From Anaerolineaceae bacterium (GTDB taxonomy: Bacteria > Chloroflexota > Anaerolineae > Anaerolineales > Anaerolineaceae): DNA of 64,000 nt. The notes below the pieces were generated by a model that was not told the origin of the DNA, did not search any database, and saw only the letters and a list, made by a program, of their open reading frames with translations. Each line of letters opens with the position of its first letter. Positions within the stretch are counted from its first letter, which is position 1. Below, in pieces: positions 27,306-37,855 of this stretch. The stretch spans positions 22,043 through 86,042 of the forward strand of contig DAONFX010000001.1 in assembly GCA_035403825.1 (NCBI GenBank), read 5' to 3'. Both the position numbers and the translations under genes were made by a program.

Positions 27306-28748
27306 TCATCCTCTCAGGGTGTAGAGCAGGGTCAGGTTGGGCTTGCCAAACTCGCCCACCGGGAAGCCGCTAATGACGACCACCTGGTCGCCCGCGCGAA
27401 GCGGCGTGGACGAGGTGATGGCTGTTTCGACATGCCGGATCATTGTTTCGAGCGTGTCGGCGTGCGGGACAAGCAGCGGGGTAACACCCCAGGCGATGCC
27501 CAGCCACTGGTACGTGCGTATCTCCGGGGTAAAAGCGTAGATTGGCACTGAGGGTTTGGTCTTGGACATCGACAGCGCGCTGGCGCCCGAGATGGTAAAC
27601 ACCACAATTGCTGAGACTTTTGCATTAACGGTCAGGTCTTTGGCGGCGCGTACGATGGAAATCGCGTTATCCAGCTGGTTTGTGCTGACCAGGCTGTCCA
27701 GGTGGCCCCATTCCTTGAGGTGTTTTTCAGATTCGCGGATGATGGACTCCATCATCCGGACGCTTTGCACCGGATATTTGCCGGCCGCAGATTCCGCGGA
27801 GAGCATGACCGCGTCGGTGCCGTCAAAAATCGCGTTGGCTACATCCGCAGCTTCCGCGCGGGTCGGGCGCGGGTTGTTAATCATGGATTCAAGCATCTGC
27901 GTGGCGGTGATGACGAATTTGCCCTTGTGGTTGGCAGCCCGGATAATTTCCTTTTGGGCGGAGGGCACTACCGCCGGGGACATTTCCACACCCAGGTCTC
28001 CGCGGGCGACCATCACGCCGTCGGTCGCGTCGATGATGGATTCCAGGTTGGCAATCGCTTCCGGGCGCTCCAGTTTGGCGACAATCGGCGGCAGCCGCAG
28101 CAGGCTGGACATACGCCGCATAGTTTCGCGCACGGTCAGGATATCTGAAGCCTGCTTGACGAAGGATATTGCGACCAGGTCGACCCCGATATCGAGCCCG
28201 AACTGCAGGTCCTCAAGGTCTTTGGGAGTCAGGCAGGGAATGTCCAGTTTGGAGCCAGGCAGGTTTACGCCCTTATGCGATTTCAGGTTTCCGCCCAAGA
28301 TGACCCGGGCGTAGATATTCTCGCCGTCCAGCTCGAGGACTTCGAATTCCAATTGACCGTCGTCCATCAGGATGTGGTTCCCGGGGGCCAGCGCTTCGTG
28401 CAGCCTGGGGACGTCAAACGGGATGAAGATTGTCCCCTCACGCACATGATCCGGGTTTTCGGAGGAGCTGAGGGCGACGACCTGGTTGGACTGCAGCGTC
28501 ACGACATCCTTCTCCAGTTTGCCAATGCGCAATTTGGGGCCTTGCAAGTCCATTAAAATCGAGACAGGTTTGCCAAGCTCTTCAGAGAGTTTGCGCAGCA
28601 GCTTCACTTTCTCCGCGTGCTCTTCGTGCGTGCCGTGAGAGAAATTCAGACGGGCGACATCCATCCCGGCTTCAATTAACTCGCGCAGCGTGCTTTCATC
28701 CGAACTGCTTGGACCGAGCGTGGCAACTATCTTGGCAAACCTGTTCAT
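27306..28748 (-). CDS. pyk: Pyruvate kinase
   Basis: MNRFAKIVATLGPSS, NFSHG, MVARGDLGVE. Start set at ATG 28748, which avoids a 26-nt overlap with rocD. Confidence 0.95.
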   Translation of the reverse strand: MNRFAKIVATLGPSSSDESTLRELIEAGMDVARLNFSHGTHEEHAEKVKLLRKLSEELGKPVSILMDLQGPKLRIGKLEKDVVTLQSNQVVALSSSENPDHVREGTIFIPFDVPRLHEALAPGNHILMDDGQLEFEVLELDGENIYARVILGGNLKSHKGVNLPGSKLDIPCLTPKDLEDLQFGLDIGVDLVAISFVKQASDILTVRETMRRMSSLLRLPPIVAKLERPEAIANLESIIDATDGVMVARGDLGVEMSPAVVPSAQKEIIRAANHKGKFVITATQMLESMINNPRPTRAEAADVANAIFDGTDAVMLSAESAAGKYPVQSVRMMESIIRESEKHLKEWGHLDSLVSTNQLDNAISIVRAAKDLTVNAKVSAIVVFTISGASALSMSKTKPSVPIYAFTPEIRTYQWLGIAWGVTPLLVPHADTLETMIRHVETAITSSTPLRAGDQVVVISGFPVGEFGKPNLTLLYTLRG

Positions 28749-28761
28749 GCTACCCTGCTTT

Positions 28762-29964
28762 CTAAGCTTGTCGCAATACCCTGGCAATCCTGGGAAGCGC
28801 CCAGTCGAGCGTTTCCTGCTCGATTACCAGCGGAGGCGCGAAGCGGATGACATGCGTATGCGTTTCTTTCGCCAGAATGCCTTCGCTTTGGAGCGACTCG
28901 CAGAAACGGCGCGCGCCGCCGGCTTCGGGTTTCAATTCGACGCCGATGAGCAAGCCTTTTCCGCGGATTTCCTTGATGTTCGGGGAGTTAATTTCACTCA
29001 GGTGGTCCATAAAGTACTTGCCCAGGGTGAAGGCGCGCTCTGGAAGTTTTTCTTCCTCGATGACTTCCAATGCGGCAATGCCAACCGCGGCGGCTAATGG
29101 GCTGCCGCCGAAGGTGGAGCCGTGTTCGGAGGGAAGAATCAGGTCGAGTATTGCTTTATCTGCCAACACGGCAGAAATCGGGTACAGGCCGCCCGAAAGC
29201 GCTTTGCCGATGATGGTCATGTCCGGGCGAACGCCTTCGTAATCGGAGGCGAAAAGTTTGCCTGTGCGCCCCAGGCCGGTTTGGATTTCATCGGCGATGA
29301 AAAGCACATTGTTTTGTTTGCACAGATCCGCCGCGCCGCGCAGGTAGCCTTCCGGCGGGATGATAACGCCGTTTTCACCCTGGATGGGTTCCAGCATTAC
29401 CGCGGCGGTATTCGGGCCGATAGCGGCTTCGAGGGCTGCCAGGTCCCCGAATGGGATGACCTTGAAGCCGGGTGTGAACGGACCGAAGGCGTCCTTATAC
29501 AGGGGTTCGGTTGAAAAGGACACGATGGTTACGGTGCGGCCGTGGAAGTTCCCGGCGGCCACGATGATTTCAGCCTCATATTTGGGGATGCCTTTGACAG
29601 CGTAGCCCCACTTCCGGGCGACTTTGATGGCGGTTTCGACTGCTTCCGCGCCGCTGTTCATGGGCAGGCTCATTTCGTAACCGCTTATGTCCGAGAGCTT
29701 CTTATAGAAGAGTCCCAATTTATCATTACGAAAAGCGCGTGAGGTCAGGCTGACTCGTTGGAGCTGGTCTGTCATTGCCTGAACAATTTTGGGATGGCAG
29801 TGACCCTGATTCAAAGCGGAATACGCGCTCAGACAGTCCAGATAACGGTTGCCTTCGACGTCTTCCACCCAAACGCCTTTTCCTTTGGTCAGCACCACGT
29901 CCAATGGTTGGTAGTTGTGCGCCCCGTATTGGTCTTCGAGATTGATAAAATCCTGGGAATTCAA
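28762..29964 (-). CDS. rocD: Ornithine aminotransferase (class III PLP)
   Basis: [49 protein letters not shown] start 7 nt after a GAGGAG RBS. Confidence 0.85.
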   Translation of the reverse strand: MNSQDFINLEDQYGAHNYQPLDVVLTKGKGVWVEDVEGNRYLDCLSAYSALNQGHCHPKIVQAMTDQLQRVSLTSRAFRNDKLGLFYKKLSDISGYEMSLPMNSGAEAVETAIKVARKWGYAVKGIPKYEAEIIVAAGNFHGRTVTIVSFSTEPLYKDAFGPFTPGFKVIPFGDLAALEAAIGPNTAAVMLEPIQGENGVIIPPEGYLRGAADLCKQNNVLFIADEIQTGLGRTGKLFASDYEGVRPDMTIIGKALSGGLYPISAVLADKAILDLILPSEHGSTFGGSPLAAAVGIAALEVIEEEKLPERAFTLGKYFMDHLSEINSPNIKEIRGKGLLIGVELKPEAGGARRFCESLQSEGILAKETHTHVIRFAPPLVIEQETLDWALPRIARVLRQA

Positions 29965-29965
29965 G

Positions 29966-30892
29966 TTACTCTCCTCTCAATAATGTATATAGAATCGCTT
30001 TTTGGGCGTGCAGGCGGTTGTGGGCCTGAGGGAAAATCCGGGAATGCGGTCCATCCGCGATGCTGTCCGTAAGTTCATGGTTGCGGTGGGCGGGCAGGCA
30101 GTGCATCACGATGACCTCCGGATTGGCTTCAGACACCAGTTGGTCATTGACCTGGTAGGGCGGGAAGACGCGTTCTCGTTCGGCAGCTTCTTCTTCCTGA
30201 CCCATACTGGTCCAGGTATCGGTGTAGATGACATCAGCAAAGCGCACCGCTTCGTGGGGGTCCCGCACGAAACTGAGGCGGGAGCCGCTGCTGCGGGCAA
30301 TTTCCAGTGCGGTTTGGACTGCCGCGCCGGGCATGTCATAACCCTCGGGGTTGGCAATGCTGAAGTTCGCACCCATCTTGGCGCTGATTTGCATGAGCGA
30401 TACGGCTACATTGTTGCCGTCACCCACGTAGGTCACGTTGACGCCTTTGAGCCTGCCGAAATTCTCGTAGATAGTCAGTGCGTCGGCCAGCGCCTGGCAG
30501 GGATGGCTGAAGTCGCTCAGCCCATTGATGACGGGAACGTTTGCCCAGTGCGCAAGTTCGAGCACGTGCTGGTGTTCGAAAACCCGCGCCATGATGCCGT
30601 GAACGTAACCAGCCAGAACGCGCGCGATATCCGCCACGGACTCGCGTTTTCCGAGACCAATTTCATTGGGTGAGAGGTATAAAGCATCCCCTCCCAGGTG
30701 GCGCATAGCCATATCAAAACTAACCCTGGTGCGCAATGAAGGCTTTTGAAAAATCATCGCCAGTACTTTCCCCTTGAGAACGGGTTCATTACCGCCTTCC
30801 CGGTATTCCCGTTTGAGCCGTACGGCAAGGTCCAACAGTCCTTGCAGCTCCTCCTGACTGTAATCGATGATGTCCAAAAAATCTTTGTGCAT
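29966..30892 (-). CDS. argF: Ornithine carbamoyltransferase
   Basis: [30 protein letters not shown]. Confidence 0.9.
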   Translation of the reverse strand: MHKDFLDIIDYSQEELQGLLDLAVRLKREYREGGNEPVLKGKVLAMIFQKPSLRTRVSFDMAMRHLGGDALYLSPNEIGLGKRESVADIARVLAGYVHGIMARVFEHQHVLELAHWANVPVINGLSDFSHPCQALADALTIYENFGRLKGVNVTYVGDGNNVAVSLMQISAKMGANFSIANPEGYDMPGAAVQTALEIARSSGSRLSFVRDPHEAVRFADVIYTDTWTSMGQEEEAAERERVFPPYQVNDQLVSEANPEVIVMHCLPAHRNHELTDSIADGPHSRIFPQAHNRLHAQKAILYTLLRGE

Positions 30893-30956
30893 ACACTCTC
30901 CTTAATTCTTTATTGTTATTTGCAGACCAGGCTCCGGCTGGGCTGCCTCATCAATC

Positions 30957-31778
30957 TCATCGGATTTTACCAGACTTAAGCATATCCAAGCCGTCCAACA
31001 AGCGCATAATCTGGCTGAGGAATGCCCACAACGCAAAAGCGGCCAGCGCGAAGCAGGCGATATTCAGGTATGATGGCAGGCTGGTGAAGAGCGAGTCTGT
31101 ATCCACTTGCAGGTCCGAGAGGATTTTCAGATAACTCTCCAGAATGGGACCGGCCTCCGCCAGGCTGGATTTGATTTCCGTGGTTTGAGTGGAAAGTGCG
31201 CCGATATCCTGACCTAGCTGTTCAATATCGTCGGCGGATTGCTGCAAATCGACGCTGATTTGCTCCAGCAGCGGTGGGAGGCTGTCCACATCGCCGGACA
31301 GCTTCTCCAATGTGACATGCAGGGGGACTTCCGGGACGTAATCCAGGCGCAGCAGTGGAATTTTTGCCAGAAATTGCAGGGTGGAATCGATAAGTTTCGA
31401 GCTTTCCGAGGCGGATTTCAGCGTGGTAGCCCCTTCCGAGGCAATCGCGGACACATCCGTCCCAATCAGCTCGCTGACGTCCGTCAGCATGGGGGATAGA
31501 TTCGCCACAGAGCTTTCCAGCGTTTTCATGGAATTCTGCAGTTCGTCAAAGCTGGCTTCCACATCATCCAGGGACTGGCTGATGAGTTTCAGGCCGCTGT
31601 TTGTGGCGGTCAGCGTTTCTTGAATCGACAGGCCGAGTTTGGCAGAAAAATCGATGAGGGTTAACCGCGAAGCCAGGGCGCCGACCGCCAGCAAAAGCGC
31701 CAGGAGCATGCCGATGACGCTTAGTAAGACCACTATCAGGCCGCGGGAATGCTTCGGTTTCAGAGTGGTCTCATTCAT
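30957..31778 (-). CDS. Hypothetical membrane-anchored coiled-coil protein
   Basis: TM helices at both the N- and C-termini with a long Ser/Leu/Glu-rich helical middle. Start chosen at MNETTL. Confidence 0.55.
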   Translation of the reverse strand: MNETTLKPKHSRGLIVVLLSVIGMLLALLLAVGALASRLTLIDFSAKLGLSIQETLTATNSGLKLISQSLDDVEASFDELQNSMKTLESSVANLSPMLTDVSELIGTDVSAIASEGATTLKSASESSKLIDSTLQFLAKIPLLRLDYVPEVPLHVTLEKLSGDVDSLPPLLEQISVDLQQSADDIEQLGQDIGALSTQTTEIKSSLAEAGPILESYLKILSDLQVDTDSLFTSLPSYLNIACFALAAFALWAFLSQIMRLLDGLDMLKSGKIR

Positions 31779-32232
31779 GGCTGATACTCCCGCGGATTGG
31801 GTTGCCAATTTCCTGCAGGATTTCGTCCTGCCGGCTGTTCATTTCTTCCAGTTCCGCTTCCTCCAGGTGGTCATATCCATTCAGATGCAGAACGGCGTGC
31901 ACGAAAAGCATTTCCAGCTCTTCCTGCAGGCTGAAGCCTCTTTCTTCTGCCTGAGCCAGGGCCTTCTCGATGGAGATGGCGATATCACCAAGGAAACGCC
32001 TGCCCGTTTCCAGGTCGACAAATTCGTTTTCGAAGGAAAGGACGTCGGTGGCTTCGTCCAGGCCGCGGTAAGCTTTATTAAGCTTGCGGATGCCGGCGTT
32101 ATCCGTGATTTTCAGGGTGACTGCGCCCTCAGCACGCCTGCCAAGCTTTTCCACCGTCCGTTGGTAAGCGAGCAGGAGCCGGTCAGCAGAGATTACAGCG
32201 CGATATTTGCGGGGGATCATAAATTCGATCAT
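31771..32232 (-). CDS. ybeY: rRNA maturation endoribonuclease YbeY
   Basis: HAVLHLNGYDH zinc-binding motif, 153 aa. Confidence 0.9.
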   Translation of the reverse strand: MIEFMIPRKYRAVISADRLLLAYQRTVEKLGRRAEGAVTLKITDNAGIRKLNKAYRGLDEATDVLSFENEFVDLETGRRFLGDIAISIEKALAQAEERGFSLQEELEMLFVHAVLHLNGYDHLEEAELEEMNSRQDEILQEIGNPIRGSISHE

Positions 32233-32256
32233 TGGGCGCTCCTTCCAGGGTGGGGT

Positions 32257-34383
32257 TTAGCCGGCGGAATCGCTGCCCTTGGACACGGCGCTTCCGTTGG
32301 GTTTCAGAGTGGGGTATTGAATGCGCGGATGGTAAGACCGCTGCAGGGTCCGGAAAAAAGAATCTTCGATGGTGCTGAGGTCTTTTAGCGTCAGGTCGGT
32401 CGCGTCCAGCTGGCCTTCGTTTTTGTACATGTCAATGGTCTTGCGGATGAGGGCGCGGATTTCATCATCGCTGCGCGGCGTTTCCGCGCGGGAACGGGCT
32501 TCAGTGCCGTCCGAGAGCATCACGATGGCGGTCTCACGGGACTGAGGTTTAGGTCCGGGGTAGGTAAAGAGGGCTTTATCGACGCTCTCCGGGTCGTCCG
32601 CCGCGGCTGCCGCCTGGGAGTATTGGTAAAGGGTAAGCATTGTGCCGTGGTGTTCGCGGATGAAATCAATCACGCGCGAGGGCAGGTGATATTTTTTTGC
32701 CAGCTCCACGCCGTCGTGCACATGCTGGATGACGGTCGCGGCGGCTGTAGCCGGGTCCAGGTTATCGTGGGAATCCAGTTTGTCCTTCACCTGATTTTCG
32801 ATGAAGAAAGCTGGATTGTTGGCTTTGCCGGCGTCGTGAAAAAGCGCGCCAACGCGCACCAGCATGCGGTCTGCGCCGACGGCTTCGGCGGCCTGTTCCG
32901 CAAGATTGGAGACCAGCAGGCTGTGTTGGTAAGAACCGGGAGCGTTGCGCAGGATGTACTGCAGCAGAGGATGGTCCGGGCGGGAAACTTCCAGCAGCTG
33001 CAGCGCGGTGGGGATATCCAGGATTTGCGACACCACATATTGGAGCAGGAGCGCCAGACTGCCCGAAGCGAGCCCGTAAATCAGCGCAGATGCAATCAGG
33101 GAGGTGAGGCCTAGCAAATCGGTATAGGTATCGCCCAGGCGGAAAGCCACCACCACAGCCATCCCCGCGATGCCGGTGAGCAGCCCGGCTACCAGAAATG
33201 CGCTGATTCGGCGCGCGCGGCCTATTGTCAGCATCCCGACGACAGCCGGAAGAATATAGAAAACACCTAATTCCGCTTCGCGGGTGTTGTCAAACACCAT
33301 CAGAATGGCGAGGAACATGCTCATCACGATGCCAAGCTCAAGGTTGAAAATAATCGAGAGCGTCAGACCGAAAGCTGCCACCGGATAGAGATACGGCACA
33401 ATCGTACGGTCGACCACCAGGAAGCGCCCCAGCGCGAGGAAAATGAGAAACAAACCAGCGATGACCAACAGCGCTTTGACGGAGAAGAACGGTTGGTCCT
33501 GCCGGCGCTGGAAGTAGAGCGCTGCCAACACCGCGATAACGCCTGTCAGGACCGCGCTGGTGATAACCTGGTCTGTCTGATTGACGGGTTTGGCGAGGCC
33601 AAAGACGTTCAGGGCTTCGTAATCTTCCTCGCGGATAATTTGACCGCGCCGGACGATAACTTCCCCGGCGATAATCTGGCGGGAAATCGGTTCGATGCCT
33701 GCCCGGGCTTGCTCGCGGGCTGCGTTAGTCTGTTCCTCGCTGAACAGGCTGGTGGGTGTGATCAGAGGGGAGACCAGCGCGATTACGAGCTGGGCATCTT
33801 CCGGACGGAACGAAAAGTCGATTACAGCGGGCAGATTACTGCGAATTTGCGAGAGGTTATCACTGCGGATTGTGTCGCGCATGACTTGCTCGAGCACACG
33901 GCGGGCTTCCACCTCAATTTCCTGCCAGTCCTGCTCATCCAATTCGAGCAGTTGGGCTGCCACCGCGCTGCTCAATTTCACGGAAGAAATCGCCGCGAGG
34001 TCCTGCAGTTTTTGCTCCGGGGTGGAAAAGTTGTCTTTGCGAACCGTGGAAATATAATACAGTACGCTGTCGAGCGTTTCCAATTGATGGCGGGAAATGC
34101 TGGGGTCAGCAGGCAAAAATACCGGCGGAACAGCCGCCGCAGCTTGCGTGCGGGCGCGTTCTGTCAGTACCTTACTCTCATACGTGATGGAATACGGCGC
34201 GAGGATTTCCTGCGATGCTGCTTCGCCCACGCCCGCCGGGATGTTGGAGCGGGTAATCAGTTCGGGCAAAACCAGCGAAGCAAATATAAGCAGACTGCTG
34301 ACAAGCAGAATGAGAAGGCGCAGCGCGCCCTGGGTAAACCCTGCCGGTTTTGTGCCGTTTTCCCGATTTTTTGCCATGGTCAA
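32257..34383 (-). CDS. pgpH: 7TM-receptor HD-domain phosphohydrolase (PgpH/YqfF-like)
   Basis: N-terminal extracellular domain, 7 TM helices, and an HD domain (HSLLVSNLAEQAA ... LFHDAGK). Confidence 0.8.
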   Translation of the reverse strand: MTMAKNRENGTKPAGFTQGALRLLILLVSSLLIFASLVLPELITRSNIPAGVGEAASQEILAPYSITYESKVLTERARTQAAAAVPPVFLPADPSISRHQLETLDSVLYYISTVRKDNFSTPEQKLQDLAAISSVKLSSAVAAQLLELDEQDWQEIEVEARRVLEQVMRDTIRSDNLSQIRSNLPAVIDFSFRPEDAQLVIALVSPLITPTSLFSEEQTNAAREQARAGIEPISRQIIAGEVIVRRGQIIREEDYEALNVFGLAKPVNQTDQVITSAVLTGVIAVLAALYFQRRQDQPFFSVKALLVIAGLFLIFLALGRFLVVDRTIVPYLYPVAAFGLTLSIIFNLELGIVMSMFLAILMVFDNTREAELGVFYILPAVVGMLTIGRARRISAFLVAGLLTGIAGMAVVVAFRLGDTYTDLLGLTSLIASALIYGLASGSLALLLQYVVSQILDIPTALQLLEVSRPDHPLLQYILRNAPGSYQHSLLVSNLAEQAAEAVGADRMLVRVGALFHDAGKANNPAFFIENQVKDKLDSHDNLDPATAAATVIQHVHDGVELAKKYHLPSRVIDFIREHHGTMLTLYQYSQAAAAADDPESVDKALFTYPGPKPQSRETAIVMLSDGTEARSRAETPRSDDEIRALIRKTIDMYKNEGQLDATDLTLKDLSTIEDSFFRTLQRSYHPRIQYPTLKPNGSAVSKGSDSAG

Positions 34384-34832
34384 GCAGGTTTGCTGAGGCA
34401 GTCTTTAACCACCCGACTGGCATCCTGATTGGAGGCGCGCCCGGCCAGCCTGGGGATGAGGACTTTCAGCACCAGACCCATATCCTTTGGGGAGGCAGCG
34501 CCAGTTTCCCGGATGATTTCCTCTGCCAGAGCAACCAATTCCGCTTCCGTGAGCTGCCTGGGGAGGTAGGCTTCCAGCTCCTTGATTTCCAGCCGGGATT
34601 CGGAAACCATATCCGCGCGCCCTGCTTTTTCCGCGTCCGCAATCGTATCCAGTTTGGTTTTGATTTCCTTTTGGACTACCGCGACAAATTCCGAATCGCT
34701 GAGCGCGGAACCTTTGGCGACTTCTGCCAATTGGATGGTGGAAATCAGCAGGCGTAAAACGCGCTTGCGCAGCGGATTCTGATCCTTGATGGCTTTCTGT
34801 AAATCGGCTTTTAGTTTTTGATTGTTGTCCAT
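34380..34832 (-). CDS. GatB/YqeY-domain protein
   Basis: 150 aa. LKADLQKAIKDQN... and EEIIRETGAASPKDMG are typical of YqeY. Confidence 0.8.
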   Translation of the reverse strand: MDNNQKLKADLQKAIKDQNPLRKRVLRLLISTIQLAEVAKGSALSDSEFVAVVQKEIKTKLDTIADAEKAGRADMVSESRLEIKELEAYLPRQLTEAELVALAEEIIRETGAASPKDMGLVLKVLIPRLAGRASNQDASRVVKDCLSKPA

Positions 34833-34884
34833 GCGGAGTATTATACCTGCCTTGACCTCCGCTAAGGGCGCTTGTTGAGGATAC

Positions 34885-35475
34885 TCAGGGTCCGAGCATA
34901 ATTAAGGGACGGATTTCCTCCAGAAGCGCCTGCCCGATGCCGGGAACGTTTAGCAGTTCCTCCAGGCTCGTGAAGGGACCGTGCTCGCTGCGGTAGCTCA
35001 GGATTGCGGCCGCCTTGGTTTCGCCGATGCCCGGCAGGGACATTAGCGTTTCCAGGTCGGCGCCGTTGATATTTACCAGGTTTGATGCCGCTTCCAGGCC
35101 AGTCTGCCCACGCGTCGTGTCGTCGGCTGGCACAGTTTCGCCGACGCGCGGCATATACACCCGCTGCCCGTCCTGCAGGAAGGCAGAAAGGTTGATGCGC
35201 TCAAAATCCGCATCCTGGGCAGCGCCGCCCGCCGTGGAAAGCGCATCGTGCACGCGCGAACCTGCCGGGAGCGTGTATACGCCTGGGTTTGCCACCGCGC
35301 CGGCAACGTATACCTCAATTTCGGCGGCGGTCGGCGTACTCCGGGCGCGCTGGTCAGGCGCCGCGGTGGCAAGCTGAATCGGTTCGCCCCGCTGCGGGAG
35401 AATGAGCAGGAGAATCAGGCCGGAAAGCAGCAGCCCGCCAATGAACCCGAGGAAGACAGACTGCCAGGTTTTCAT
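34885..35475 (-). CDS. comEA: ComEA-family DNA-binding protein (SLBB plus helix-hairpin-helix)
   Basis: N-terminal TM helix. VNINGADLETLMSLPGIGETKAAAILSYR is an HhH motif. Confidence 0.85.
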   Translation of the reverse strand: MKTWQSVFLGFIGGLLLSGLILLLILPQRGEPIQLATAAPDQRARSTPTAAEIEVYVAGAVANPGVYTLPAGSRVHDALSTAGGAAQDADFERINLSAFLQDGQRVYMPRVGETVPADDTTRGQTGLEAASNLVNINGADLETLMSLPGIGETKAAAILSYRSEHGPFTSLEELLNVPGIGQALLEEIRPLIMLGP

Positions 35476-36392
35476 GAAGTCAGCGGCTGCGCCTCTTCGG
35501 TGTCCTGCTCCAGCGCGTACATGCGCTTGAAAGCCGCGATGGCAACTTCCAGCATGTCTTCGGTCGGCTCTTTGGTCGTTAATTTCTGCAGAAGCAGGTT
35601 GGGCTTAATCAACGCGCGCACGAAGGCGCTCTTGTCCATCGCGTGGGCAGCCCAGCGGATATATTCGTAGGCAAGCCCGGCTACCACCGGCAGCAGCAGT
35701 ACCCGGGAGATGAGCCGCCAATGGAGGGGCAGCGGACCCAGAATGGAAAAAATCAGCACGGAAAAGACGACCAGGGTGAGGATGAAGGACGTGCCGCAGC
35801 GCGGGTGCACTTTGGTCTGCAGTGCGACGTTCTGCGGGGTGAGTTCCACGCCGGCTTCGAAGGCGTTGATGGTTTTATGTTCAGCGCCGTGATACATAAA
35901 GGTGCGCTTTATATCCGGCATTCTACCCACCAGCGCCATGTAAAGGACCAGGATTGCCAGGCGCAAAATGCCCTCAAAGAGGTTGCTCCACCAGGAACCA
36001 AGGTTCAGGAATTTATCGACCCAACCGGCAGCCAGGGCGGGCAGGAGGAAAAACAGCCCAATGCCTACCAAAACCGCTGCAAGCACAGTGAAAAAGAGCG
36101 CTGCGCCCTCAATTTTCTCGTCTTCCCCGGTCTGCACGTTAGCAGCCTTGGTCAGGTAGCGCATGCCCAGTTCCAGAGAGTCCCACAGACTGAGAACTCC
36201 GCGCACGAAGGGAGTTTTGAACCAAATCGAGCGGTAAAGCGCGGGGAGCTGCTCGTCGAACATCACAATTCCGCCTTGCGGGGAGCGCACCGCCATGGCG
36301 ACAGCTTTCTTGCCGCGCATCATCACGCCTTCGATGACGGCCTGTCCGCCGTAGGAGGGCATTTTCAGTTCAGGAGCGGCTTCAGTTGGCAT
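35472..36392 (-). CDS. DUF1385-family membrane protein
   Basis: YGGQAVIEGVMMRG, YHGAEHK, TM helices. Confidence 0.8.
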   Translation of the reverse strand: MPTEAAPELKMPSYGGQAVIEGVMMRGKKAVAMAVRSPQGGIVMFDEQLPALYRSIWFKTPFVRGVLSLWDSLELGMRYLTKAANVQTGEDEKIEGAALFFTVLAAVLVGIGLFFLLPALAAGWVDKFLNLGSWWSNLFEGILRLAILVLYMALVGRMPDIKRTFMYHGAEHKTINAFEAGVELTPQNVALQTKVHPRCGTSFILTLVVFSVLIFSILGPLPLHWRLISRVLLLPVVAGLAYEYIRWAAHAMDKSAFVRALIKPNLLLQKLTTKEPTEDMLEVAIAAFKRMYALEQDTEEAQPLTS

Positions 36393-37758
36393 GTTCGAAA
36401 CTCAGCAAAAAACGAATGAGCGCTTGAACGCCTAATTTCCAGGTTGGCAGGTGCTGGTGTTCGTTGGGGGAGTGTATCTGGTCGTCGGGCAGCCCGAAGC
36501 CGGTCAGGAGGGACTTGACCCCCAGGTGGGTCTGCATCGTGGTGGCGACCGGGATGCTGCCGCCTTCGCGTTTGAAGCTGAGCGGTTTCTTCCAGGTTTC
36601 CGCGAGCGCTTTGGAGAGCTGCTCAAGCCCGGGCGCATCGTCCACCAGATAGGCAGGCGCGCCAGAATGTTTGAAGATGGTCAGCCGTACCGCCTCAGGC
36701 GTCAGGCTAGTGATGTAGGCTTGAATGAGTGCGTAGATTTCATCGGGGTTCTGGTCCGGCACAAGCCGGCAGGAAATCTTGGCTTTGGCGTAGGCAGGGA
36801 TAATCGTTTTACTGCCTTCGCCGATAAAGCCGGAATAAATGCCGTTGACGTCCAGGGTCGGTCGGGCGCCGGTGCGTTCCAGCGGGGAATAGCCGGCCTC
36901 GCCAAAGAGCTGCGGGACGCCGGTAATTTGCAGCAGGGCTTGGGGGTCAAAGGGTACTGAAGCGATGCGCTGTTTTTCTTCCGGGCTGAGCGGCAAAACT
37001 TTATCGTAAAAGCCGGGCACTGCCACGGAACCGTCGGGGTTGTGCAGCCTGGCGATGATGGCAGCCAATACGTTCGCGGGGTTGGCCACATTCCCGCCAA
37101 AAAGACCGGAATGCAGGTCCGCCTTAGGTCCGTCCACACGAATCTCGAAGTAGAGCAGTCCGCGCAGTCCGTAAACAATGGTCGGGGAATCCCTGGAAAC
37201 CATGCCGGAATCAGGATTCAGGACGATATCACAGGCCAGCAAATCGGCGTGCGAGGCTATAAAGCCGTCCAGTGAGGGGGAACCGATTTCCTCTTCGCCT
37301 TCCAGCAGGAATTTCAGATTCACCGGCAGCGGACCGGCGGCAAGCACGCTTTCAACCGCCGCCAAGGCGGCCATCACCTGGCCTTTCATATCCGACGCGC
37401 CGCGGGCGGTCAGATATTCGCCCGAAATGGTCGGCTCAAATGGCGGTGTCTGCCATTCCTCGATGGGCGCGGCTGGCTGTACGTCGTAATGCCCATAAAT
37501 CAGGATGGTGGGGGCGTCTTCGGCATCCGCGCGCATTTCCGCGAAGAGGATTGGGTGCACTTTGGTCGGGAAGACCTCTACATGCCCGGCGCCCAGTCCG
37601 CGCAGTTTGTCCGCCAGGAACTTACAGGCTGCCTGCATGTCCGCTTTGTGCTCCGGATCCGTGGAAACCGATGGAATCCGGACCAGGTCCTGGTATTGTT
37701 GGAGAAAGTTGTCGGTATGTTCTGTAAAAAACTTTAGGGAATTTTCTATGTGTGTCAT
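36382..37758 (-). CDS. M20-family metallopeptidase (dipeptidase-like)
   Basis: ILIYGHYDVQP, ARGASDMKG, LLEGEEEIGS. Start set at MTHIENS (ATG 37758) after an AAGGA RBS. Confidence 0.85.
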   Translation of the reverse strand: MTHIENSLKFFTEHTDNFLQQYQDLVRIPSVSTDPEHKADMQAACKFLADKLRGLGAGHVEVFPTKVHPILFAEMRADAEDAPTILIYGHYDVQPAAPIEEWQTPPFEPTISGEYLTARGASDMKGQVMAALAAVESVLAAGPLPVNLKFLLEGEEEIGSPSLDGFIASHADLLACDIVLNPDSGMVSRDSPTIVYGLRGLLYFEIRVDGPKADLHSGLFGGNVANPANVLAAIIARLHNPDGSVAVPGFYDKVLPLSPEEKQRIASVPFDPQALLQITGVPQLFGEAGYSPLERTGARPTLDVNGIYSGFIGEGSKTIIPAYAKAKISCRLVPDQNPDEIYALIQAYITSLTPEAVRLTIFKHSGAPAYLVDDAPGLEQLSKALAETWKKPLSFKREGGSIPVATTMQTHLGVKSLLTGFGLPDDQIHSPNEHQHLPTWKLGVQALIRFLLSFEHAN

Positions 37759-37855
37759 TCGTTTTCCTTTTAAACTTCCGTTGATTATATGCGATTTGAC
37801 GCTGAATTGTGTTAGCATTGACTGCACAACGGCTTGTTTTGGAGTGAATGCAAAG

